A DNA stretch of 64,000 nucleotides, from the NCBI GenBank assembly GCA_041674805.1, contig JBAYVA010000001.1, positions 198,612 to 262,611 on the forward strand. The letters run 5' to 3'. The translations under genes and the position numbers were made by a program. Below, in pieces: positions 19,060 to 27,300 of this stretch; position 1 is the stretch's first letter; the number at the start of each line of letters is the position of its first letter. The notes under the pieces were generated by a model. It saw only the letters and a program-made list of their open reading frames with translations, made no database searches and was not told where the DNA came from. Source of the stretch: Candidatus Magasanikiibacteriota bacterium (GTDB lineage: Bacteria > Patescibacteriota > Patescibacteriia > Magasanikbacterales > UBA922).

Positions 19060-19245
19060 CTGCTTAAGTGAGCAGAAAGATGTAAAAATATTTCTTATTG
19101 TGATAAAAAATAAGAATTTTTTTCCTGCTCGGGATAAATTATACTTGAAGACCGGACTTAACTTTTGTAAAAGTTTTACCGTTGCGGCACAGTGGAGGAA
19201 TTTGACCTCACTTCCAACAAATATAAATTAATTTGTAATATTGTT
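19060..19245 (-). ncRNA. Candidate cobalamin riboswitch / structured attenuator leader upstream of the DUF4430 operon
   Basis: On the minus strand the leader reads GGAAGUGAGGUCAAAUUCCUCCACUGUGCCGCAACGGUAAAA...AAGUCCGGUCUUC. This resembles the cobalamin-aptamer GGUG.AA.UCC, CCACUGU, CCGCAACGGUAA and B12-box-like elements. Two hairpin+U-tract terminators follow; the second ends in U8 directly before the AUG. Confidence 0.4.
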
Positions 19246-19295
19246 ATATTAACGTCAAAAAAAAATTGTGTCAAATTAAGAGTGTTGACAATTAT

Positions 19296-19325
19296 TTGAC
19301 AATTCAATTTTTAGCTTGTTATAAT
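19296..19325 (+). promoter_or_regulatory. Sigma-70-type promoter (TTGACA-18nt-TATAAT) for the lipoprotein gene
   Basis: Exact consensus hexamers. Confidence 0.55.
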
Positions 19326-19354
19326 GACTGAAATTATACTTAATCTACATAAAT

Positions 19355-20215
19355 ATGTACAAAAGATATTTATTCACAGTTTTGGCAAGTTTTACTTTGC
19401 TTGGTGCTGGTTGTACTTCATCAATAAATATCAATACTAATTCTTTTTTTGATAAAAAAGTAGAAGTAGAGGATACTAGTCTCAAAGTAGGCTCTGCTGT
19501 GTTTGCTGAATGGAAAGATAAGACTTGGTACAAAGGTACTATCAATGCAACTTGTGAGGGCGGTTTTGATGTTTTGTTTTTGGATAATACAAATAAGTGT
19601 GTAACTGAATTGCAAATTTTGCGAGACAAACTGCCTAATATTGCAGATTTACAAGTAGGTAGCAAAGTAATTGCCAAATGGACAGCTAATGCTTATTATG
19701 ATGCGGAAATTATTAAAGTAAATCCTAATAATTTTACTGTCAGATATTATGACAAATTAGAAAGAGATGTTGTACTAGATGAAATAATTTTGGATAATCG
19801 TGTAGAAGTAAGAGGCACTGTTGAATTACAAAAGACTTCTGAAATAAAGACTTCTGAAATATTGAAAGATAATTTTAAGGCAGGTGACAAAGTAATTGCT
19901 GAATGGATGACTTCTAATTCACTTTATTCAGCAACAATTATTGGCATTTGTGAAAAAGGTTTAAATATAAAATATTATGATAACGCTGAAAAATGTTTAG
20001 CAACTTCACAAATTGTAATAGATTTGCCAGCAGAAAAAGATACTCTGGCAGTTGGTACTAAAGTATTAGTTAGAGATAGTAATACAAACAATTTTTTTGC
20101 TGGTGAAATTAGCAAAATTGTTGGTACTAATTATGAAACAAAGTTTTTGATATATGGTGATGAAGCTGTAAAAGTTTTGCCAATTAGTCAACTTAGATTA
20201 GACACTAGAAAATAA
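19355..20215 (+). CDS. Lipoprotein with four tandem Tudor/Agenet-like about 70-aa repeats
   Basis: Lipobox LLGAGC. Repeats VGSAVFAEWKDKTWYKG / VGSKVIAKWTANAYYDA / AGDKVIAEWMTSNSLYSA / VGTKVLVRDSNTNNFFAG. Confidence 0.55.
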   Translation: MYKRYLFTVLASFTLLGAGCTSSININTNSFFDKKVEVEDTSLKVGSAVFAEWKDKTWYKGTINATCEGGFDVLFLDNTNKCVTELQILRDKLPNIADLQVGSKVIAKWTANAYYDAEIIKVNPNNFTVRYYDKLERDVVLDEIILDNRVEVRGTVELQKTSEIKTSEILKDNFKAGDKVIAEWMTSNSLYSATIIGICEKGLNIKYYDNAEKCLATSQIVIDLPAEKDTLAVGTKVLVRDSNTNNFFAGEISKIVGTNYETKFLIYGDEAVKVLPISQLRLDTRK

Positions 20216-20230
20216 ATATTTAGATAAAAT

Positions 20231-20262
20231 AAAAAATCGCTTAAATATTTAAGCGATTTTTT
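20231..20262. terminator. Bidirectional hairpin terminator (aatcgcttaaata/tatttaagcgatt)
   Basis: 11-bp stem with T-runs on both sides. Confidence 0.6.
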
Positions 20263-20265
20263 TTG

Positions 20266-20649
20266 TTACTTTTTTAGAGAATCTCTTATTTCTCGCAGTA
20301 AGCGAATGTCTTCTGGGGTTTCTTTTGGTTTTGTTTCTTCTTTTTTCTTGAATTTATTGATTTGTTTTATCATAATAAAGATAGCAAAAGAAATAATGAG
20401 AAAATCCAAAACATTATTTATAAAAGCACCATAATTCAAGGTTATTGCTTCTGTTGTTTCTGTAGCTTTTTTTAGAGTTATTGCTAATTTGGAAAAATCC
20501 ACACCACCAGAAATGAAGCCAATTGGTGGCATAATAATATCATTGACCAAAGAAGTCACAATTTTGCCAAAAGCTCCACCGATAACTACACCAACTGCCA
20601 TGTCTAAGACATTTCCTTTCATGGCAAATTTTTTGAATTCTTGAAACAT
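20266..20649 (-). CDS. mscL: Large-conductance mechanosensitive channel
   Basis: [31 protein letters not shown]...DIIMPPIG. Confidence 0.9.
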   Translation of the reverse strand: MFQEFKKFAMKGNVLDMAVGVVIGGAFGKIVTSLVNDIIMPPIGFISGGVDFSKLAITLKKATETTEAITLNYGAFINNVLDFLIISFAIFIMIKQINKFKKKEETKPKETPEDIRLLREIRDSLKK

Positions 20650-20666
20650 AATTTATAAAAAATATT

Positions 20667-21317
20667 TTAGAATGAGAAAGATTTAAGCATTTCTTGTACA
20701 GTTGGAACAAACTTTTCAAAGTCACCTTGTTTACCAACATAAGTGATGATATAAGCATAATCATCCCAAACAGTGTAAGCTTGTACAACAGCTCCTACAA
20801 AATTTGTACCAGGATAAGTACCTGTATAAATTATTAATTTTCCAGGTTCACCGTCAATTGTCATATCTTCTTCTTTTGTCAATTTGAAATCAGGAATATT
20901 TTTAGTCAATTCTTTGATACTTTCTTTATGTAAAGTGTCTAGATCTATACCAATATCACCAAAATCTTGAAATAAAACATTTACATTTTCTAAAAAATCA
21001 TCTTTGTCTGATTGTTTTTTTGAGAAGAAACTTACTATCAAACTATTGTTTGATTCGCCTTCTTCTACATCCCAATTATTTGGGTAACTCATAGTGATAC
21101 CAGCATTATCATTGGTATAAGTTTTCATTGTGACAGGTTCTTCTTTGTTTGTTTCTGGAGTAGTTGTTTGTTCTACTTTGTTTTGAGCATTCAAATCATT
21201 GACAGTAGTTTCTACTTCATTTTTGAAATCTTTGCCAGCTTTGAATATTAAAAATCCAAAACCTAAAAGAGCTAACAAGATAATGACGACTAGAGCTAAA
21301 AGTATTTTTTTTACCAT
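20667..21317 (-). CDS. Hypothetical exported/membrane-anchored protein
   Basis: N-terminal TM anchor; no recognisable catalytic motif. Confidence 0.4.
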   Translation of the reverse strand: MVKKILLALVVIILLALLGFGFLIFKAGKDFKNEVETTVNDLNAQNKVEQTTTPETNKEEPVTMKTYTNDNAGITMSYPNNWDVEEGESNNSLIVSFFSKKQSDKDDFLENVNVLFQDFGDIGIDLDTLHKESIKELTKNIPDFKLTKEEDMTIDGEPGKLIIYTGTYPGTNFVGAVVQAYTVWDDYAYIITYVGKQGDFEKFVPTVQEMLKSFSF

Positions 21318-21350
21318 ATATTTTAATTATATTAGTTGTAAGATATAATA

Positions 21351-21512
21351 GTGTTGTTTACACTTTTAGGAACGTTTAAAATTCACATAATTTCTAATTT
21401 CTAATTCCTAATAAAATTTCCAATTAGTTAATTTATACATTGGACATTTTATTAGGAATTATAAATTAGGTGAATTAGAAATTATTAACGTGTTTGTAAG
21501 TGTAAACAACAC
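21351..21512. repeat. About 160-bp imperfect long palindrome (MITE-like) with terminal inverted repeats gtgttgtttacactt / aagtgtaaacaacac
   Basis: The arms are near-complementary over most of their length (ttaggaattagaaatt and related segments). Confidence 0.5.
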
Positions 21513-21544
21513 TCGTAATTCTTACATATTAGTTATTTAATTTT

Positions 21545-22597
21545 TTATTGAATGTTCAATGGTTTAGAAAAGAAAACGGGATCAATACTTGTAATATTTT
21601 TTCTAATAATATTTCGTATGTTTACAAGTTCGGGATATTCATAGAAAAATAATATTTTTTGATTTTTAATTGCATTTGCTGTTGGTTTGTCTGTAAGTAC
21701 AAAGTGGGCAAAACTTTCGGCAATATCTTCGTCTGTATCAGTAGCTGCATATTCAGTAATGAAATTTTCAGTATATTCTTCATAAAAATAAGTGACATCT
21801 TCTTCATACGCGTCGTAACCTACGATTGTTTCCCAATCTTCATATAATCCGCCACCCCAGAATTTTTGGAAATAAATAAAGGAATAAGCCTTATCATATA
21901 GACAACCTTCAGATAATAATATTGTTTCACAAGTGTATTCATCGTAGTTGTTATAATCTACTTGGCTACTGTTTAGTGTGATTAGATGACCAAATTCATG
22001 TACAAGAGTATAAGTAAAATCTTGTAAATCGAAAAATTTTCCTTTTTCTAATGTGTCTGCAGGATCAACATACAATCCCCAAACATTATCATCGTTTAAA
22101 TACATTGAAGCTAGAGAACCATCGATACCGTCTGTATTTATAATAAAATTGTTTATATATTTTGTAGTATTTATTTCACCAAAAATAGTGTAGAAGTAAT
22201 CCCATAAGAAATTATGTTCAGCTGTATTGTTTGCTTCCAAAGTAAATTCTGGGTCAGTAGTTTTGGTTGTTAAATTTATTTTTCCATCTGTAATTTTGTA
22301 AGTAGCTAAGTCTAAGCCATCCTCTCCATCTACATATTCTAAATTATCCAAATAAGAAACTATACTAGTATTATTTAAAAAATCTTTTTTTGGTAATACT
22401 TTTGCTTCTATTATTTCTTCTTCAATAACTTTTGCATTATTAGTTTCTTCAATTTGTGGTGTGTTTATTACTTGTTGTTTACTTGTATTAGTAAAAGTAA
22501 TGAGAGCTATTACAAAAAATATTATAATGGCTATTCCTGCAATACTTAGTAATAATATCCATTTGTATTGTTTGATAAAAGCTATGACTTTTTCCAT
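21545..22597 (-). CDS. Membrane-anchored putative zinc metallopeptidase (HExxH...E)
   Basis: LVHEFGHLITL and a downstream DEDIAESFAHF. Confidence 0.45.
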   Translation of the reverse strand: MEKVIAFIKQYKWILLLSIAGIAIIIFFVIALITFTNTSKQQVINTPQIEETNNAKVIEEEIIEAKVLPKKDFLNNTSIVSYLDNLEYVDGEDGLDLATYKITDGKINLTTKTTDPEFTLEANNTAEHNFLWDYFYTIFGEINTTKYINNFIINTDGIDGSLASMYLNDDNVWGLYVDPADTLEKGKFFDLQDFTYTLVHEFGHLITLNSSQVDYNNYDEYTCETILLSEGCLYDKAYSFIYFQKFWGGGLYEDWETIVGYDAYEEDVTYFYEEYTENFITEYAATDTDEDIAESFAHFVLTDKPTANAIKNQKILFFYEYPELVNIRNIIRKNITSIDPVFFSKPLNIQ

Positions 22598-22624
22598 ATT
22601 TTAAATTAAGATTTATTTGTGCTA

Positions 22625-22653
22625 ATTTTATCAGAAATAGGGGATAGGAGCAA
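22625..22653 (-). promoter_or_regulatory. Promoter (-35 TTGCTC, 17 nt, -10 TAAAAT) within the duplicated terminator-promoter module, copy 1
   Basis: Read directly on the minus strand; a duplicate of the module at 27222-27250. Confidence 0.45.
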
Positions 22654-22699
22654 GTTTTTTGAATACAAAAAAGACCTTTTTATAAGGTCTTTTGATTTT

Positions 22700-23071
22700 T
22701 TAGTTAAAAGTAGTGAAAATTATCATGCAAGCACCAAAAAGTAAGAATGGTAATATAAAGAAAGATATTAAACCTATACCAATGTAGCGTCTTTTTTTTC
22801 TAAAAGAGATATATATACTAGCTAACATGATTATAAAAAATATGGTTGAAATTGCTGAAAAATAATATCCTTCTAAAAAAGCGGAACCATAAATGGAGAG
22901 TTTTGTAAATATGGTCATTAAAAATATAGAGATTACAACTGGTCCAAAAAGACCTAATATAAAATCACGTGTTTTGTTACCTTTAGTTGCGTAATAACCT
23001 GGCTCTGTTTGATTCATTTTTTTTATTTCATCTATTTGTTCCAAACCATTTGGATTATTGGGATTATTCAT
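22700..23071 (-). CDS. Small membrane protein, paralog family member A (C-terminal LLFGAC motif)
   Basis: Paralogous to 23132-23554 and 26748-27194 (shared KRRY/KRYY-ligIGLI/LivGM-PfLLFGaC architecture). Confidence 0.5.
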   Translation of the reverse strand: MNNPNNPNGLEQIDEIKKMNQTEPGYYATKGNKTRDFILGLFGPVVISIFLMTIFTKLSIYGSAFLEGYYFSAISTIFFIIMLASIYISFRKKRRYIGIGLISFFILPFLLFGACMIIFTTFN

Positions 23072-23131
23072 ATTGTTTTTTAATGATTTAAATATAAAAA
23101 AATAAAGAACTAATAAAAAAAGCTATCACAA

Positions 23132-23554
23132 CTAGTTAAAAAATACAGCAAAACAAGATCCAAAAACTAATAAGGGTATAATTATTGTACTACTCATACC
23201 TACTATTAAATAATATCTTTTTGTTTTTAAGGTGTAATAAATAAAAGTTATTATAAAGAAAATAGGAATAATAGTATAAAACCATATTCCAAAAATCATA
23301 TCTGTATAAGCATATAAATATGGTATAATTGCTGCAAATAAGGCAATAAAAATGAATATATAGATAGCTCCTTTTGAAAAGTCGTCTATTTTTTCAGTTT
23401 TATTTTTGTAATAAGATGTAGTTTCTGTATTATTTTCAGAACTAGAATTAGAATCAGAAATAGAGGTAAAACCTGAAGAGTTTTTTTCAGCTTTTTCTAA
23501 AAATTTTAGAAGTTCACTTTCTTTATTTTCGGGATTATGATTTGGATTGTCCAT
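23132..23554 (-). CDS. Small membrane protein, paralog family member B (C-terminal LVFGSC motif)
   Basis: ESELLKFLEKAEK..SYYKNKTEK..KRYYLIVG..PLLVFGSC shared with paralog C. Confidence 0.5.
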   Translation of the reverse strand: MDNPNHNPENKESELLKFLEKAEKNSSGFTSISDSNSSSENNTETTSYYKNKTEKIDDFSKGAIYIFIFIALFAAIIPYLYAYTDMIFGIWFYTIIPIFFIITFIYYTLKTKRYYLIVGMSSTIIIPLLVFGSCFAVFFN

Positions 23555-24299
23555 ATTTTTTTTCTTTTAGATGCTTTAAATTTATAAACACTAAAGCAAT
23601 AAGTGAAATATATTGAAATAAAGTTAGCCCAAAATAGTGAGGATTGTCTCTGATAAATTCTTCAAAAAATCTAAATATAAAATAAGAATTCATGAGTAAA
23701 TAAAATAAATAGCCTGGTTGTGCTGTTTTCTTTTTGTATAATAAAACAAAAAATAACAGTGTCATGAAAATTATTTCGTATATTTGCGTAGGATGTCTGT
23801 TGATACCATCACCAAAATTTACTCCCCAAGGCAAGTTTGTAGCGATACCATAACAACAACCTTCCAAAAAACAACCAATTCTGCCAATAGCAACACCAAG
23901 AGCAATACCAGGTGCAAACAAATTTCCTTTTTTTTCTTTTATACCCAACTTCTTTTTTACGTACCAAATTGTCAAAGTACCACCGAGTAAGCCACCTGTA
24001 ATAGTACGACCAGATAAAATAAGTGCTAAATTGAAATTGTTTTCTAAAATTAATGGAAAATTTATTATCAAAATTGGTAATTTGGCACCAATTACACCAC
24101 CAAGTAAACCAGCCACTAAAATATAGATAGAATTATCATTTAAATTGTTTTCTTTTTTGGCAGCAAAGTAATAATAAATAAGTCCAACAATTAGCCCTAA
24201 CAAAACAAAAAAAGAATAAGATGGTATTTCTAAATTATTGATATGAAATAAAACAGGTTTTACACCCCAATTTTCTGGGTGAATATGTAGATCTATCAT
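23535..24299 (-). CDS. lgt: Prolipoprotein diacylglyceryl transferase
   Basis: Lgt signature (GRIGCFLEGCCYG; HPTQIYE). Confidence 0.85.
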   Translation of the reverse strand: MIDLHIHPENWGVKPVLFHINNLEIPSYSFFVLLGLIVGLIYYYFAAKKENNLNDNSIYILVAGLLGGVIGAKLPILIINFPLILENNFNLALILSGRTITGGLLGGTLTIWYVKKKLGIKEKKGNLFAPGIALGVAIGRIGCFLEGCCYGIATNLPWGVNFGDGINRHPTQIYEIIFMTLLFFVLLYKKKTAQPGYLFYLLMNSYFIFRFFEEFIRDNPHYFGLTLFQYISLIALVFINLKHLKEKKYGQSKS

Positions 24300-24301
24300 A
24301 T

Positions 24302-24784
24302 TTATTTTACTATTTTTTTGCTAAGAGAACAACATCCTCCAGCTTTCATACAATTGTAAAGCTTATAAGCAGGACATAAACCAAGAGCTGATACTGTCTT
24401 CATTATTGCTAAAAATAGTACAATTATCCAACCAATTTTAGTATTTATAAAATATAAGAATATGATAGCTAAGAGAGCAAAAAAACTACCAAGAGCGTGA
24501 GCAAAACGCATACCAGCTACTCCTGCATTTATTTTTTTACTTTTTACAAAAAGTCCAATAGTGTGGTTGTATAAGACAATCATTGGGGCGTGTTTGATTG
24601 TCAAAAGAGCTGAGAAAAATAATATAGCAAAAGTTAGTAAAACTAGTAATTTTAAGTGTAAAAAAAAGGCCAACCAAAGTATTAGCATGACACCATATCG
24701 ACAAAAAGCAAAAGCATCGCTTCTTATTTCTACAAAATCAGTTGAACAATTTTGGCAACTATTATTTTCTTCGGCTGTTAGCAT
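24302..24784 (-). CDS. Cys-rich integral membrane protein (DUF4395-like)
   Basis: Four TM helices with an N-terminal CQNC and C-terminal C..C..GGCC cysteine clusters. Confidence 0.35.
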   Translation of the reverse strand: MLTAEENNSCQNCSTDFVEIRSDAFAFCRYGVMLILWLAFFLHLKLLVLLTFAILFFSALLTIKHAPMIVLYNHTIGLFVKSKKINAGVAGMRFAHALGSFFALLAIIFLYFINTKIGWIIVLFLAIMKTVSALGLCPAYKLYNCMKAGGCCSLSKKIVK

Positions 24785-24790
24785 AAAATT

Positions 24791-25372
24791 TTATTTGTTT
24801 AGTTTAAATTTTGGGAAAAACATACCAACTTCTTTTTGATATTTTTTGTATTCTATAAAAGTTTGTGATAATAATTTTTCTTCTTGTTTGGCTCGGTAAT
24901 ACATGAAAGGTATGAAAATAAAGGCGTGAGCCAGAAAAGCTAAATAGTTACTGTACACCAAACATGAACCAATAAACATCATCATTAGAGAAGCATAGAG
25001 TGGATGTCTGACTAGATTATACATACCTGTTTTGGTAAGAGTATGGTTTTGATAAATTTTTATTTGGTTTGCCCAATTTTTACCTAAGTTTAGCCTTCCT
25101 ACAATGTTGATTGTACATCCAGCTACGATCATCGTCAATCCTGATAAAATCAGTATATATTGTAAATTTTGGGGTATTTGGATAGTACCTATTTGAAATC
25201 TAATTAATAGATAAAAGCCAACAAAAAATAAAGTCATAGTACCTGTTTCTACAATACTTCTTTTTTCTTTTGTGGCTTTTTTGTCTATTCCTTCTACAAA
25301 ATTGATAAGTATAGATGTGAACAGAGCAAACAGACAAATGCCAATAATTATGTTGGAAATTAGGTTTATCAT
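24791..25372 (-). CDS. Isoprenylcysteine carboxyl methyltransferase (ICMT)/phospholipid methyltransferase family membrane protein
   Basis: YNLVRHPLYASLMM motif; about five TM helices. Confidence 0.6.
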   Translation of the reverse strand: MINLISNIIIGICLFALFTSILINFVEGIDKKATKEKRSIVETGTMTLFFVGFYLLIRFQIGTIQIPQNLQYILILSGLTMIVAGCTINIVGRLNLGKNWANQIKIYQNHTLTKTGMYNLVRHPLYASLMMMFIGSCLVYSNYLAFLAHAFIFIPFMYYRAKQEEKLLSQTFIEYKKYQKEVGMFFPKFKLNK

Positions 25373-26733
25373 TTTCGGTGGAACATGTTATAAGCTGAAA
25401 AAGGAATCTTTTTTAGCTCAGGAGTTATAATGTGGACACATTCTTTTTGCATAGATTTCATATCGAAGTTATAAACATCAATAAAAGAAGTGACACTAAT
25501 ACGAAAAGTATTTTCATCAATATATTTCAATTTTTCTTCTTGTGATTTTAACAAGAAACTTGCTGGGATAATATTTTTGACGTCTTTGATAAAGTTAGTA
25601 CAATTACAACCACCAATTCCAGAAAAAACTTCGTTGGATTTTTCTTTCAAAATTCTATCAGCATCAAAAGCAAAAGTATTATCTATCAAAGGCAAATAAC
25701 TTTTTACTTTTATTTTTCTCGTGATTGGCACAAATTTCTTTTTGTCTGATTTGACCATATATGTCACAGCCACTCTTTCTACATTGCAAGGTAGGGGAAT
25801 GATGTCACCTTTTTGAAATAAGTCTGGAGCTTGTTCTTCTATTTTTTTGATAACGCCTGACAAAGTCAATCTGTTTTTGGTATTTATTTCTCTCAATCTA
25901 CCAAAGTAGGTGACTGGTTGAAAATTGATACCTCTAATACCTTTGGTTTCCGTGCCAAATTCTATTATTTTGCCAATTTGATCATCGTTGTAACCTTTTT
26001 CTAAAGTAGTTACTAGAGTAATAGGTATTTCGTATTTGCGTAAATTTTCAATAGCTTTTAATTTTGTTTCAAGTAAATCTCTACCTCGTAAATGAGTATA
26101 AGTATTTTTGTCAAAACCATCAAATTGTAAATATACTTCAAATTTACCTTTGAATTGACTAAGTTCTTTGACAAATTCTTCATCTTCAGCAATTCTAATA
26201 CCATTGGTATTGAGCATGATATATTTGATCTTTTTTTCTCGAGCTGTTTTGATAATCTCTATTATTTCCGGATGAACAGTTGGTTCACCGCCACTAATTT
26301 GTAAAATTTCTGATTCACCACCTTCACTGTCTACCAAAAAATCCAACATTTCAGATATTTTTGCTACTGACAAAGGTTCGCCTTTGCCACTGTTAGCATA
26401 ACAAGTTGGGCAACCAAGATTACATTTGTTGGTGACTTCTATAAGAGCTATACAGGTGTGTTGATCATGTTGAGGACATAAACCGCAATCAAAAGGGCAA
26501 CCTTTGTCTGTTTTGGTTTGGGTTTTGCAAGGTGTACCGGGTTTGTCAAATTCTCTTTTGCTTAGATGATATTCAAGATTTTCTTCAAACAATTCTTCTT
26601 GTAAGCCGTGTTCTTTGCAAAATTTGTGTAAAAATACTTTTTCATCTTTTATGACAATTTTTGTAGGTATTACTTTTAGACATTTTGGGCAAATACTTGT
26701 GGTCGATTCGTGATAAATATAATTTCTATCCAT
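25369..26733 (-). CDS. Radical SAM protein with an N-terminal zinc-ribbon-like Cys cluster
   Basis: CNLGCPTC (Cx3Cx2C) radical SAM core and upstream CPKC...C.EHG and CPFDCGLCPQH clusters. Confidence 0.75.
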   Translation of the reverse strand: MDRNYIYHESTTSICPKCLKVIPTKIVIKDEKVFLHKFCKEHGLQEELFEENLEYHLSKREFDKPGTPCKTQTKTDKGCPFDCGLCPQHDQHTCIALIEVTNKCNLGCPTCYANSGKGEPLSVAKISEMLDFLVDSEGGESEILQISGGEPTVHPEIIEIIKTAREKKIKYIMLNTNGIRIAEDEEFVKELSQFKGKFEVYLQFDGFDKNTYTHLRGRDLLETKLKAIENLRKYEIPITLVTTLEKGYNDDQIGKIIEFGTETKGIRGINFQPVTYFGRLREINTKNRLTLSGVIKKIEEQAPDLFQKGDIIPLPCNVERVAVTYMVKSDKKKFVPITRKIKVKSYLPLIDNTFAFDADRILKEKSNEVFSGIGGCNCTNFIKDVKNIIPASFLLKSQEEKLKYIDENTFRISVTSFIDVYNFDMKSMQKECVHIITPELKKIPFSAYNMFHRK

Positions 26734-26747
26734 ATTTTATGATAATT

Positions 26748-27194
26748 TTATAAATAAGTTTGTCCTGTAAATAAAAAAATTATTGCTTGGATTATTAATC
26801 CAGCAAGAAAAAATAATAAAGGTGGTAAAATTAGTATACAAATCATCAAACCTGCTACAAGATAATACCTTTTAGTTATTCTTAAAAATATAAAAATAAT
26901 TAAAATAATAACTAAACTAATCATTAAAAATAGAATTAAATATACTCTATCATCAAAAATATTTAAAATAAAATCTAGTATATATTTTCCAAATAATATC
27001 AAAAAACCTATTGAATAGACTAAACCTTTTATAAAATCTTGTTTTTTTTCAGCTTTATTTTTGTAATAAGATGCAGTTGATGTATTGTCAGAGTTAGAAA
27101 TAGAAGTAGAAGGTGAAGACTTTTTTTCTGATTTTTCTAATAATTTCAAAAGTTCACTTTCTTGCTCTTTTAAATTATCATCTTTATTTTCCAT
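26748..27194 (-). CDS. Small membrane protein, paralog family member C
   Basis: QESELLKLLEKSEKKSS..SYYKNKAEK..KRYYLVAG paralogy with 23132-23554. Confidence 0.5.
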   Translation of the reverse strand: MENKDDNLKEQESELLKLLEKSEKKSSPSTSISNSDNTSTASYYKNKAEKKQDFIKGLVYSIGFLILFGKYILDFILNIFDDRVYLILFLMISLVIILIIFIFLRITKRYYLVAGLMICILILPPLLFFLAGLIIQAIIFLFTGQTYL

Positions 27195-27221
27195 ATTTGA
27201 AATTAAGGTTTATTTGTGCTA

Positions 27222-27250
27222 ATTTTATCAGAAATAGGGGATAAAATCAA
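27222..27250 (-). promoter_or_regulatory. Promoter (-35 TTGATT, 17 nt, -10 TAAAAT) within the duplicated terminator-promoter module, copy 2
   Basis: Read directly on the minus strand. Confidence 0.5.
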
Positions 27251-27300
27251 GTTTGTTGAAAACAAAAAAGACCTTTTATTAAGGTCTTTTTTAGATTAGT

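Noticed and set aside
19285-19290. Second TTGACA hexamer 11 nt upstream of the chosen -35
   Set aside because: No suitably spaced -10 follows it. It was kept only as a possible UP-element-like duplicate of the 19296 promoter.
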